Positions 29,748-39,696 of a stretch of DNA of 62,341 nt are shown here, one piece after another. The first letter of the stretch is position 1. Each line of letters starts with the position of its first letter. The stretch covers positions 1 through 62,341 of the forward strand of contig JBIJBE010000021.1 in assembly GCA_044345405.1 (NCBI GenBank), read 5' to 3'. The notes beneath the pieces were generated by a model. That model made no database searches. It worked only from the letters and a program-made list of their open reading frames with translations, and was not told the DNA's origin. The DNA is from Bdellovibrionota bacterium (GTDB taxonomy: Bacteria > Bdellovibrionota_C > UBA2361 > OMII01). The translations under genes were made by a program, and so were the position numbers.

Positions 29748-29975
29748 AACTCACTCCTAAAACCTGGGAAATTCAACCTGCGTTGACCCAGTATACCTCA
29801 CGCTCAAAGCGGGCCCGAAACAAATTGTTTCACACCTGCAACTTTCACCTATCTTTGAGATGCGAGGGGGCATTGAGGGATGTTCAAATTATTGACACCC
29901 CCCGAAAAAGGTTACGATTTTGGTACAAATACGTGGCTGACGAGGAGGGCGAGAAAAAGCTTGACCAGGGGGTGG

Positions 29976-30095
29976 AACGTGGGACGTAGCGCATCGGACG
30001 TTAGAACTCGACGTGAGACGTGAGACGTGAGACGTGAGACGTGACCGTAGGACGTAAGACGATGGACGTCTACGTAGACGTGGGACGTAAACGTC
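29976..30095. repeat. Heptamer array (GACGTGA)x5 with degenerate flanking units
   Basis: Perfect copies at 30010-30044; GACGTAA/GACGTGG variants around them. Confidence 0.85.
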
Positions 30096-30114
30096 CGCCG
30101 CTACAACGCACTTC

Positions 30115-30417
30115 TTAATGCCGCGGCGTTATTCCGTACAGCGTCCAGGTATACCCCTCGGGGAGAGAACCACCGGTTAATACGAGGATCCATCCCGGCT
30201 TTGGCGTCGACTGCATCGCAGAGCTCCGAAGGGTAAGGATTTCACCACCGTCAATGCGAACCACATCCTTTCCGGGCCGTCGCTCGTCCCACAGGAGCGG
30301 GCGCTCAGCATCACGTCCCCCACCATATCGGGAGGACACGACCTCGGCGACACTCACCTTTGCATGAAGATGAATGGATCTCTGACCGTCGTTCTGATGC
30401 GCTGAGTTCATGGACAT
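30115..30417 (-). CDS. Hypothetical protein (100 aa)
   Basis: AAGGAG RBS, protein-like composition. Confidence 0.65.
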   Translation of the reverse strand: MSMNSAHQNDGQRSIHLHAKVSVAEVVSSRYGGGRDAERPLLWDERRPGKDVVRIDGGEILTLRSSAMQSTPKPGWILVLTGGSLPEGYTWTLYGITPRH

Positions 30418-30447
30418 TTCTCCTTGGGGAACCTTCTATCAGACCTT

Positions 30448-30482
30448 AAAAACAAAAGAGCCGCCTCACAAGGGGCGGCTCT
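30448..30482 (-). terminator. Intrinsic terminator of the IHF/HU gene
   Basis: AGAGCCGCC stem-loop followed by TTTTGTTTTT on the minus strand. Confidence 0.7.
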
Positions 30483-30526
30483 CCATCACATGACCCTTTC
30501 GAGCCCCGTGAACCTCGTAGCGGGGA

Positions 30527-30820
30527 CTAGCGTCCCTCGCCCTCGATCTTGTCGATACGCTCCTTGAGCTCCTTACCGACCTTGAAGAATGGGAGTTTCT
30601 TTGGGGGAACTGGAATCTTCTCACCGGTCTTTGGGTTACGGCCTTCGTATGCGCCGTACTCCTTAACCACGAAGCTACCGAAGCCTCGGATCTCGATTCG
30701 GCCACCATTAACGAGTGTGTCTCGCATCTTGCGGTACACAAGGTTAACAACTTCTTCAGCTTGAACGACGTTGATGCCACAGCGTTGAGCCAATTTTTCG
30801 ATGAGTTCTGACTTGTTCAC
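30527..30820 (-). CDS. ihfB: Integration host factor beta / HU family protein
   Basis: NKSELI, RIEIRGFGSF, GRNPKTG, PFFKVGKELKERI. Confidence 0.85.
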   Translation of the reverse strand: MNKSELIEKLAQRCGINVVQAEEVVNLVYRKMRDTLVNGGRIEIRGFGSFVVKEYGAYEGRNPKTGEKIPVPPKKLPFFKVGKELKERIDKIEGEGR

Positions 30821-31136
30821 ACGGACCCCTATAAACAAAGAGCTTTACGGCTAACTGAGCGGTGTGTGTCTCGGAAACGCTCCATTCGACACCTGCGGTA
30901 CTGCTCAGTCAGATAACCTAACCCGCTAACAACACAAGAGAGGATATAATCACTATGATGAATATCTGTCAAAAGTGATTGCAACTATTAGCAAAAATTT
31001 CGGCAGATTACCCCTCCTGTTCTATTGATTATCACACGGGTTTGGCCGGAGGGGTAAAAACCACCACTTTGGGCCCTTTGACCACCCCCTCGAAGTGATT
31101 TACCCTCCCCTCGTTGTAACAAAGTCTCCACCATTC

Positions 31137-31994
31137 ATGTCGACCTCTACCCCCTCCACCCCTCGCCGCCGCCCAACAACCCTCGAGGTTCGTAAGAGGG
31201 ACAACCTCTTTCAGCGTGCCGAGGTCATCAAGAGAAACCGCGAAAAGCGCCACCAGCACGGGGAGTTCCTCGTTGAGGGGGTCGCTCAGATTAACCTCGC
31301 CGTAAAGTACCAATGGAAGGTCCGTGCCCTCCTCTTCGCGGTCGACAAGCCGCTCTCCTCATGGGCTCAGGAGCTCGTATCCTCAGGCGTGGCCTCAGAG
31401 CATTGGGAGATCGCTCCGGAACTAATGGCCGAACTGAGCGATAAGGACGACACCTCGGAGATCCTGGCCATCGTTGAGCAGAAGCGGCTCGATCCATCGA
31501 TTATACCCGCTCAGCCAGGGGGGCTCGTGGTCGTATTCGACCGACCAGCAAGCCCCGGTAATCTCGGTTCCTCTATCCGCTCAGCGGACGCGCTCGGTGC
31601 CCAGGGGGTAATCATCTCAGGGCACGCGGTCGATATCTACGACCCGTTCGTCGTGCGAGGAAGTATGGGGGCGGTCTTCGCCCTTCCCGTCACCACCACC
31701 GCCTCACACACCGGTGTGAAGGAGTGGGTCGACAACGCGCGTGCGCAAGGGTTTGACTACCAAATCATCGGCAGTAGCGGCAAAGCTACTGACCTCGTTT
31801 ACGGCGTCGATTTTAATAAGCCAACTGTGCTCATCCTCGGCAACGAAACCGTGGGGATGTCGCGGGGCTACTGGGATATTTGCGACTCTACGGTGAAGAT
31901 CCCGATCGGCGGCGCGATATCCTCTATCAATGTGAGCTGCGCGGCTTCGATCCTGTTGTACGAGATCGCTCGGCAGCGTGCGGTAAGGGCGTAG
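31137..31994 (+). CDS. TrmH/SpoU family RNA methyltransferase
   Basis: PGNLGSSIRS, LGNETVG and SINVSCAASILLYE SPOUT motifs. Confidence 0.92.
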   Translation: MSTSTPSTPRRRPTTLEVRKRDNLFQRAEVIKRNREKRHQHGEFLVEGVAQINLAVKYQWKVRALLFAVDKPLSSWAQELVSSGVASEHWEIAPELMAELSDKDDTSEILAIVEQKRLDPSIIPAQPGGLVVVFDRPASPGNLGSSIRSADALGAQGVIISGHAVDIYDPFVVRGSMGAVFALPVTTTASHTGVKEWVDNARAQGFDYQIIGSSGKATDLVYGVDFNKPTVLILGNETVGMSRGYWDICDSTVKIPIGGAISSINVSCAASILLYEIARQRAVRA

Positions 31995-32197
31995 CCGGCT
32001 TCCGCCGCTCGGCGTTTTTTGCGCCGCGCAGCGAGGATTAAAATCAGTCGGCATTCTCGTTTTCATCGGAGGCTGAGGGCCGCGTCGAAGCTGATGCGTA
32101 TCTTAACCGAAAGGTTTTTTAACCCCCTTTCCTCTTCTCTCATTGTCCCTCCCCCTTTTCGGTGTAAGCTCACGATCACATCAACTCAGGAAATTCC

Positions 32198-33118
32198 ATG
32201 AAAGCAACATCAATACTCGACACTATCGGACACACCCCACACGTTCGCGTGAACAAGCTCTTTCCTGGGCAGAGCTCAATCTATATCAAGCTCGAGCGAG
32301 CAAACCCGGGAGGAAGTATCAAGGATCGCATCGCGCTCGCCATGATCGGTGACGCGGAGAGCCGCGGAGCGTTGAAGCCTGGCGGCACAATCATCGAGCC
32401 GACCTCGGGGAATACCGGAGTGGGATTGGCAATGGTCGCCGCGGTGAAGGGATATCGACTCATCCTCGTTATGCCCGAGTCGATGTCCGTAGAGCGACGA
32501 CGCCTCATGTTGGCGTACGGCGCCGAGTTCGTCCTCACACCTCGCGAAAAGGGGATGAAGGGAGCGATCGAGAAAGCGAATGAGCTTCTCGCCTCAATGC
32601 CCGACGCATGGATGCCTCAACAATTTGAGAACGAGTCAAACATCGAGGTTCATCGACGAACGACCGCCAAGGAGATCCTTACCGACTTCCCGCAAGGAAT
32701 CGACTACCTCATAACCGGCGTCGGAACGGGTGGGCACATCACCGCGTGCGCGGAGATCCTCAAAGAGCGTTTTCCAAAGCTCAAAGTATTCGCCGTTGAG
32801 CCAGCGGCATCACCCGTGATCAGCGGAGGCTCCCCATCCCCCCATCCGATCCAGGGAATCGGCGCTGGCTTTATCCCGAAGAATCTCAACAAGGAGTTGC
32901 TGGATGGCGTCATCCAAGTAACGAACGACGAGGCCTTCGAGTTCGCCCGTCGAGCGGCGCGTGAGGAGGGAATCTTCATCGGAACCTCTTCGGGAGCGTC
33001 CCTCGCCGCCGTGGCGAAAAAACTCCCCGAAATTCCAAAGGGCTCCACAGTTCTCACCTTCTGCTACGACACCGGAGAGCGATACCTTTCGGTGCCGAAC
33101 CTCTTTCCAACCGAGTAG
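32198..33118 (+). CDS. cysK: Cysteine synthase A
   Basis: [38 protein letters not shown]. Confidence 0.95.
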   Translation: MKATSILDTIGHTPHVRVNKLFPGQSSIYIKLERANPGGSIKDRIALAMIGDAESRGALKPGGTIIEPTSGNTGVGLAMVAAVKGYRLILVMPESMSVERRRLMLAYGAEFVLTPREKGMKGAIEKANELLASMPDAWMPQQFENESNIEVHRRTTAKEILTDFPQGIDYLITGVGTGGHITACAEILKERFPKLKVFAVEPAASPVISGGSPSPHPIQGIGAGFIPKNLNKELLDGVIQVTNDEAFEFARRAAREEGIFIGTSSGASLAAVAKKLPEIPKGSTVLTFCYDTGERYLSVPNLFPTE

Positions 33119-33412
33119 GAGCGGCCCCGGGGCTCGCATACGTCTACGACGACATTAGACGCACTACGCAACCCATCGACGTCTAACGGTTTACGTTTAT
33201 CGTCGTCGGAGGACGTCGTCGATTCCAAGGTAGGGTGTACCAAGGGGAAGGCAATATCAACGACACCTGCCCGGCTCCGTCTCCATCGAGGCACGCTTTG
33301 GTCAGGAGGGTCCGTGGGAGCGAGATAGTGTTGCACCGTGAAAGTTCATCGATAGTCTCCCCTTGGTAACTATGTAACACTCGTCGGGCATGTCTAGGTT
33401 TCTAGTAGCCCC

Positions 33413-34573
33413 ATGAAACGTTTCTCTATCTTTCTCCTCTTGTTTTGCGTTGGCCTGGTCGGAAATGCGTCTGCTCAGACGTTCGTGGCCTGCGTACACA
33501 AAAAAACCGACAAGCTCGTGTTCAGGGCTCGGTGTCGCGCCGGCGAGACAAAAATATCGACTCGAGCCGCACTCCAAGGTGTCGCGGGCACCAATGGAAG
33601 TAATGGTGCTGATGGCGCACCGGGCGCGACCGGGCAAGATGGCTCGATCCGAGTTTATGGTGACGGATCTGCGGGCGCTCTCTCACTTACAAGCTCTACG
33701 TCCTTTACCGACCAGCATGTTAAACAGTGGACCGATTGCTCAATTGACTCCGGGATAATCATCACCGTGCCGTCAGGGACGGTGTTGCGCTGCAGTGGCA
33801 CTTTCACCAACAACGGCTCTATCTCAGTGTTATCCTCCACCGCCACGCAGTTCGGTTCCCTGCAGGCTTTGTCTTACTCCTTCCCCTCGATTAAACCGGC
33901 TGGGATCCTCGGTATCGGGTGGAGCGTTAGCCAGGCCTCAAACGGGCAGGCCGGTAGCAACTCCTCAGTTCTATCTGGCGGTAGCGGCGGTGGCTCCATG
34001 ACCGCGGCCATGGCTCGCACAATTTTACGCCCGGGCCCGATCGGGGGCGGTGCGGGCGGCACCGGGCTTGGGGCGTTTGGAGGGGGCGGTGGAGGATCGC
34101 TGACGATTCTGGCAGCCGGGGCATTCGTTAATAATGGAGCTATTGTGGCAGATGGCTCCGACGCAAGCGCTACCGGCGGCGGTGGAGGCGCTGGTGGGGT
34201 CATTATCTTGGCGTCAAAGACCTCCTTCTCCCAGTCTGCCAGTGGTTTCATATCCGCCAACGGAGGCGACGGTGGCACATTCAGCGTGAGCCGCGGTCCT
34301 GGAGGAGGCGGTGGTGGTGGTATAATCCATGTGTTAGCCCCGAGCATAAATGACCTAGGCTCTCGCTCCGTAGCTGGCGGCTCCGGGGGAGCCGCCGGGG
34401 GTACTGGTAGCGTCAGCGCAGCTTCCCGAAGTGGAGGAGGAAGTGGTGGCTCGTGTGCTGGCGGCGGCGGAGCTGGCGGGGCAGTCAACAGCGATGACTC
34501 AACAGGCACGGCATCCGCCGGCAGCTCTGGGCAGTCGCTGTCGACGGTCAGTGACCCCACGTCCTTGCTTTAG
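33413..34573 (+). CDS. Secreted glycine-rich protein with short collagen-like linker
   Basis: Signal peptide; G-X-X run (GTNGSNGADGAPGATGQDG); YGDGSAG; polyglycine tracts alternating with short beta strands. Confidence 0.8.
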   Translation: MKRFSIFLLLFCVGLVGNASAQTFVACVHKKTDKLVFRARCRAGETKISTRAALQGVAGTNGSNGADGAPGATGQDGSIRVYGDGSAGALSLTSSTSFTDQHVKQWTDCSIDSGIIITVPSGTVLRCSGTFTNNGSISVLSSTATQFGSLQALSYSFPSIKPAGILGIGWSVSQASNGQAGSNSSVLSGGSGGGSMTAAMARTILRPGPIGGGAGGTGLGAFGGGGGGSLTILAAGAFVNNGAIVADGSDASATGGGGGAGGVIILASKTSFSQSASGFISANGGDGGTFSVSRGPGGGGGGGIIHVLAPSINDLGSRSVAGGSGGAAGGTGSVSAASRSGGGSGGSCAGGGGAGGAVNSDDSTGTASAGSSGQSLSTVSDPTSLL

Positions 34574-34799
34574 CGTGAGCCCCCTCGTCGATCACGAGAC
34601 GCAGGGTGGGCATAGCAGACACTGAATCCCACCTCCGCTCGGGAGGCTTTGGAGCATGTCCGTTTCCGATTGAGCAGGAACACTCGACTCGGTCGGGACT
34701 CTAATACCGCACAGCGGCGACGAGACGCGACTAAAAAAGACCCGTATGTGGGTTTCGAGAGCTTTTACCTTGCCGCGATGAGGGTGTACTATCCAAGCG

Positions 34800-35489
34800 A
34801 TGTCACCTTCGACCACACCATCACACCAAGGCACCCCTCGTGGGGTCCTTTTCGATTTCGACGGCACCCTCGGTGTGACTCTTCCCTCGTGGACAAGCGC
34901 GTTCGGCGCCGCCATGCGAGATCACGGCATCACTCCATCCGAGGAAGAGCTTATTCACTACTGCTTCCACAGCTGCACCGATGAGGTGATCCGAAATCAT
35001 GGTATCGGAGACGGTGCTCGCTTCAAGGAGCAGGTGTGGGCGACCGTCGTCGAACGCATGGGTAGCGTCGACCACTATCCCCTTATCCCCGAAACCCTCC
35101 ATGCCCTTCGCGACGAAGGGTTTAAGATGGCTGTGGTAACGAACTCACGCAGGGCCGCCGTCGAGCCCGTTCTACGTCGCTGGAACCTTCACCACCACTT
35201 TGACGAGATCATCACTATCGACGATGTGTCCCACGGCAAACCGGATCCCGAGATGATCCACCACGCCCTAAACCGCCTCAACCTCTCCCCATCGCACACC
35301 TACATCATCGGAGACTCACGGGCAGACGTGAACGCTGGAAAGCGCGCTGGAATTCGGACCATCGGGTTCTCACCGGAAGAGAACCGGAAATACCTCGCTT
35401 TTGACGCGCTCAGGAACCTCGAGCCGTCGCACCTTATCCACTCCTATCAGGACCTCTGGGAGATCTTAGGACTCTCCAAAAACCGGTAA
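34800..35489 (+). CDS. HAD-IA family phosphatase
   Basis: FDFDGTL, VVTNS, KPDP, IGDS. Confidence 0.92.
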   Translation: MSPSTTPSHQGTPRGVLFDFDGTLGVTLPSWTSAFGAAMRDHGITPSEEELIHYCFHSCTDEVIRNHGIGDGARFKEQVWATVVERMGSVDHYPLIPETLHALRDEGFKMAVVTNSRRAAVEPVLRRWNLHHHFDEIITIDDVSHGKPDPEMIHHALNRLNLSPSHTYIIGDSRADVNAGKRAGIRTIGFSPEENRKYLAFDALRNLEPSHLIHSYQDLWEILGLSKNR

Positions 35490-35756
35490 CACGGGCAAAG
35501 GTTGTGGTAAGGCTTTGAAATGACGCCGGGCGCCCAGCGGCCGATAACACCCTGTTGCGTAAGACCCCGAAGTCTCTTAAAATTTTTTCACTCGGGATCA
35601 AGGATTCTGGTGTACCGGCCGATAGTACTGTGTTCAAGCAGGTGGCTGGATTCCCCTTTCCTCTCGAGGTGGAGGTCTCTGTGACCAGACTGCCACAGCG
35701 CATACGCCGCGTACGCGCGAACGTGATACGTAACAACTTTAGTAGATAAGGTTCCT

Positions 35757-36173
35757 ATGAAACCGATGCCCCATATCGACTCGATGATGACCCCCTTCCC
35801 TCACTCCATTGAGGCATCGATTACGATTCATGACGCTCAAGCGATCATGGCATCGGAGGGAATTCGACACCTTCCAGTTACCTCAGAGGGACGCCTCGTG
35901 GGAATCATCTCCGACCGCGATCTCAAGCTCGCTTACGCGCTCGCCGGCGCCTCACATTCAGATGAAACCCTTCACGTTGGTGATGTGTGCAATCTTGAAG
36001 CCTATATCGTTGAGTACAACACCCCAGTGGATGACGTCGTCATGCACATGGCCGAGATCAGAGTTGGAACAGCGATGATTACACGAAATGGAAAACTCGT
36101 TGGAATCTTTACAACGACCGACGTGTGCCGAAACTACGCTGAGCTCCTCAAGATAGCGTACCCAGACGCGTAA
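35757..36173 (+). CDS. CBS domain pair protein
   Basis: IRHLPV..LVGIISDRD and KLVGIFTTTD. Confidence 0.9.
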   Translation: MKPMPHIDSMMTPFPHSIEASITIHDAQAIMASEGIRHLPVTSEGRLVGIISDRDLKLAYALAGASHSDETLHVGDVCNLEAYIVEYNTPVDDVVMHMAEIRVGTAMITRNGKLVGIFTTTDVCRNYAELLKIAYPDA

Positions 36174-36253
36174 GCGGCATATCAACGGCCGCGTTATTCT
36201 TGTTTGAACGACAACGTCCCACGTGTCAGGGCGCGAGACGTTCAACCTACGCC

Positions 36254-36490
36254 TTAGTGAAGGCTTCCTTTCAATTTATAGATCGTCTCCTGACCGTCCC
36301 CGGTGGTAACAACCGTGCCGGCTTTTACGAGCTCGCGAAGCGCTTCGACAACATCGCTCTCCTCACCTCGCACGATCGGACGCTCCTCCTCCTCATGCAC
36401 GATGATCAGGTTATTGAAATACAAACCGTCCTCGGCCTCTGGATGACTAAGCGCCGCGAGGATCTCTCGTTTAATATCGGTGTTACTCAT
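36254..36490 (-). CDS. Small hypothetical protein (possible winged helix)
   Basis: GAGGAG RBS; ALRELVKAGTV..TIYKL pattern. Confidence 0.55.
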   Translation of the reverse strand: MSNTDIKREILAALSHPEAEDGLYFNNLIIVHEEEERPIVRGEESDVVEALRELVKAGTVVTTGDGQETIYKLKGSLH

Positions 36491-36693
36491 GAGCTCCTCA
36501 CTCATACAGGTTGAAGCGCTACGCGCATAGGCCATGGGAAGGCCTTCTGTCTCCTCCAGGTTAGCGCACATGAGAGGCTCCCCGATAGGTATTTTATACA
36601 GCCTCAAGGTGACTATCTCCCTAACACGACGTGAAACATTCAGGGGGAACTCTCATTTGTCGGGGTGCCCGATTGAGGGTATTCTCCGGCCGT

Positions 36694-37131
36694 ATGGAAT
36701 TTCTCAAATCCCCAAACGCGGCCCTGATCCTGGCGCTGGTCTACTTCGTCTTCCCCCTCGATCTCATTCCGGACCTCTTCGGCCCCTTCGGGCGACTCGA
36801 CGACGTCATCATCTTCGGACTCGCGGTGTGGCGGGTCATGAAAGATAGAAAGGAGCGCGAAAAGGAGCGGGCGCGCGCCGGCGCGCAGCAAACGGAATCC
36901 TCTCCCGAGCGACGAACCACCGAGAAGAAGAGCGACCCGTACGCCCTCTTCAAACTCTCACCAGGTGCCACCCAAGAGGAGATCGACGCGCGATACAAGG
37001 AGCTCGCGAGGGACTATCATCCCGACCGCGTAGCGCATCTCGGAGAGGAGCTTCGAAAGGTCGCGCATGAGAAGATGATTGAGATCCAACGGGCGTACGA
37101 AACGCTCAGTCACAAGGCTTCCGCGCGCTGA
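36694..37131 (+). CDS. DUF1232 (YkvA) membrane domain fused to a C-terminal J-domain
   Basis: YFVFPLDLIPD..GRLDD; DPYALF..YHPDRV..IQRAYE. Confidence 0.85.
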   Translation: MEFLKSPNAALILALVYFVFPLDLIPDLFGPFGRLDDVIIFGLAVWRVMKDRKEREKERARAGAQQTESSPERRTTEKKSDPYALFKLSPGATQEEIDARYKELARDYHPDRVAHLGEELRKVAHEKMIEIQRAYETLSHKASAR

Positions 37132-37149
37132 GAAAAACGAGAGCTTTCC

Positions 37150-38199
37150 TTACTCACCAAGCCCGATCCACCGCTTCTCGCGACTACTATGAAGACACGC
37201 CTCGATGATGCGGATCACGGTGACCGCGTCATCCGCGGGAACCGGAGCGGGAGAACCGCTCGTAATCGCGGCATGCAACTCTGCGTAAAATCGATGGTAG
37301 CTTCCAGGAATAGTAGCGATCGGCACCTGTGTTCTTGCGCCATCGGCACTCAACGCGAAAAGTCGCGCGCTATCACTGTCGAGCCCCCACGGCTCCGAGT
37401 TCTCGGGCGTTTTTCCAGCCTTGAGCGCATCCTCCTGCGGATCAAGCTCCTGCTTTATAAAGGTGCCCTTATCCCCGTGCGCAACTAATACCGGCCCTGG
37501 CACTCCAACAACACACCCTGAGCGCAGCACGACCCTGAGCGCGTCATAGTCCAGAAGCACCGTAAAGTAATCATCAACTACCGCTCCGGGCCGCTGAGCA
37601 ACGAGGTCGCAGTATACCCCCCGTGGCTTACCAAACAGACATACCGCTTGATCGATAAGGTGAGAGCCAAGATCGTAGAGAACACCCGAACCGCCCCTCT
37701 CCTGCTCACGCCACCGCTCGCCCTTTACAGCGGGACGAAAGCGCTCGAAACGCGCTTCGTATCCGTAGACCGTACCGAGATGTCCGGATTCAAGAGCCTC
37801 TCGTAGCGTCAAGAAACCGTTATCCCACCGACGATTGTGATACACCGAAAGAACCCGGTTAGCCCGCTTTGCGCAGTCCACCACACCCTGACCCTCACTC
37901 GCGGTAACTGAGAACGGCTTCTCCACCACGACATGCTTTCCCGCCTCAAGCGCTCGCATAGCGAGTGGCGCGTGTAATTCGTTCGGCGTGGTGATGACGA
38001 CGAGGTCGATGTTCGGGTCCTGAAAAACCTCTTCCTCGGAAGCAACCACGCGCGCCTGCGGCAACTCATCCTCAACCTCCCGCGCTCGGGAAGAGACGAC
38101 CGTAGAGATCTCAAAACCAGGAACGGACTTCATCACCCGGGCGTGAAATATCCTTCCTGAGAGGCCGAAGCCGATAATTGCGGTGCGAATTTCCTTCAT
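37150..38199 (-). CDS. Gfo/Idh/MocA oxidoreductase (YdgJ-like)
   Basis: IGFGLSG, HVVVEKPF, HNRRWD, YDLGSHLIDQ. Confidence 0.9.
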   Translation of the reverse strand: MKEIRTAIIGFGLSGRIFHARVMKSVPGFEISTVVSSRAREVEDELPQARVVASEEEVFQDPNIDLVVITTPNELHAPLAMRALEAGKHVVVEKPFSVTASEGQGVVDCAKRANRVLSVYHNRRWDNGFLTLREALESGHLGTVYGYEARFERFRPAVKGERWREQERGGSGVLYDLGSHLIDQAVCLFGKPRGVYCDLVAQRPGAVVDDYFTVLLDYDALRVVLRSGCVVGVPGPVLVAHGDKGTFIKQELDPQEDALKAGKTPENSEPWGLDSDSARLFALSADGARTQVPIATIPGSYHRFYAELHAAITSGSPAPVPADDAVTVIRIIEACLHSSREKRWIGLGE

Positions 38200-38340
38200 A
38201 ACGTCACTCTACTACGCCCATCGGCAAATTCCTACGCGCCAGTTACTTGGACCGAGATGGTAACCAATGAGAGGAGTTTTTCCTTTCGGACCAGGTCCCC
38301 CCTGCGGTATATCTTATCCGAAGCCTACCAAAAGCGTCCT

Positions 38341-39696
38341 ATGGCACACTCCGTCCTCGACCTCATCGGCAATACCCCTATCATTAAAATCACTCGCTTC
38401 GACACCGGTCCATGCGAGCTCTATGTGAAGCTTGAGAGCCAGAACCCGACCGGCTCGATTAAGGATCGCATCGCGCTCGCCATGATCGAGGAGGCGGAGC
38501 GTCAGGGATTGCTCAAGCCAGGGGGAACAATCATAGAGGGAACCTCAGGAAATACAGGGCTTGGGCTTGCGCTTGTCGCGGCGTTAAAAGGTTACCGGCT
38601 CGTGCTGGTCATCCCGGACAAGATGAGCCAAGAGAAGATCCGCACGGTCAGAGCTCTGGGCGCCGAGGTTGTCATCACCCGCTCCGATGTCGGGAAAGGA
38701 CACCCCGCGTACTATCAGGACATGGCGGAACGCCTGGCTCAGGAGATCCCCAACTCATTTTACACCAATCAATTTGGGAACGACGCAAATCCCGCCGCGC
38801 ATGAAGCAACGACCGGTCCTGAGATCTGGAAACAGATGGACCATAAGGTAGACGCAATCATCGCCGGTGTTGGATCAGGCGGAACGATGACCGGACTCGC
38901 TCGCTACTTCGCGAAGGTGTCCCCATTAACTGAGATGGTCCTCGCCGATCCGATCGGCAGTATCCTTGACCACTACATTAAGACGGGGGTGGTTCTCAAA
39001 GAGTCCGGCTCCTGGCTCGTTGAGGGACTCGGAGAGGACTTTATTCCGCCGGTATCTGACCTGTCGTACGTCAAAAAGAGCTATTCGGTCAGCGACGCCG
39101 AAAGCTTCGACGTCGCTCGAGACCTCTTCCGCAAAGAGGGCATCCTCGCCGGCACATCCGCCGGACTCCTCGTCGCGACTGCCCTGCGCTACTGCAAGGA
39201 ACAAACCACTCCGAAGAGAGTCCTAACGTTTATTTGCGACACCGGAGCTCGATATCTCACGAAGATGTTCGATGACACCTGGATGCGAGACCAGGGACTC
39301 CTCACCGGCGAACACTACGGCGACCTGCGTGATTACATCACTCAAAAGGTTCCCATCACCGTAGAGCCGACCGACACCCTCCTCATCGCCTACACCCGAA
39401 TGCGAGCACACGGAGTCTCTCAACTCCCCGTATTGGATGGCGATAGGATTATTGGACTCCTCGATGAGTGGGATCTCTTGCGGGCGGTAACACCGAACCG
39501 AGATCAATTCTCCCGTCAGGTTCAGGATTTCATGACGACAAATCTCGAGACACTGCCACCAAGCGCCGATGCATCCGAGCTGCTCGCCCTCTTTGAACGA
39601 GAGCGGGTACCCATCATCGTGGATAACGGACGGTTCCTCGGACTGATCACCAAGATCGATTACCTCAATTATCTCCGGAGAAAAAACCATGGCTAA
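38341..39696 (+). CDS. Cystathionine beta-synthase with C-terminal CBS domains
   Basis: NPTGSIKDR PLP lysine, PDKMSQEK, VEGLGEDF, C-terminal CBS pair. Confidence 0.9.
   Translation: MAHSVLDLIGNTPIIKITRFDTGPCELYVKLESQNPTGSIKDRIALAMIEEAERQGLLKPGGTIIEGTSGNTGLGLALVAALKGYRLVLVIPDKMSQEKIRTVRALGAEVVITRSDVGKGHPAYYQDMAERLAQEIPNSFYTNQFGNDANPAAHEATTGPEIWKQMDHKVDAIIAGVGSGGTMTGLARYFAKVSPLTEMVLADPIGSILDHYIKTGVVLKESGSWLVEGLGEDFIPPVSDLSYVKKSYSVSDAESFDVARDLFRKEGILAGTSAGLLVATALRYCKEQTTPKRVLTFICDTGARYLTKMFDDTWMRDQGLLTGEHYGDLRDYITQKVPITVEPTDTLLIAYTRMRAHGVSQLPVLDGDRIIGLLDEWDLLRAVTPNRDQFSRQVQDFMTTNLETLPPSADASELLALFERERVPIIVDNGRFLGLITKIDYLNYLRRKNHG

Noticed and set aside
32321-32348. 28-bp identity between cysK and the CBS gene (38461-38488)
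   Set aside because: It encodes the conserved KDRIALAMI motif; paralogy and codon bias are sufficient explanations.
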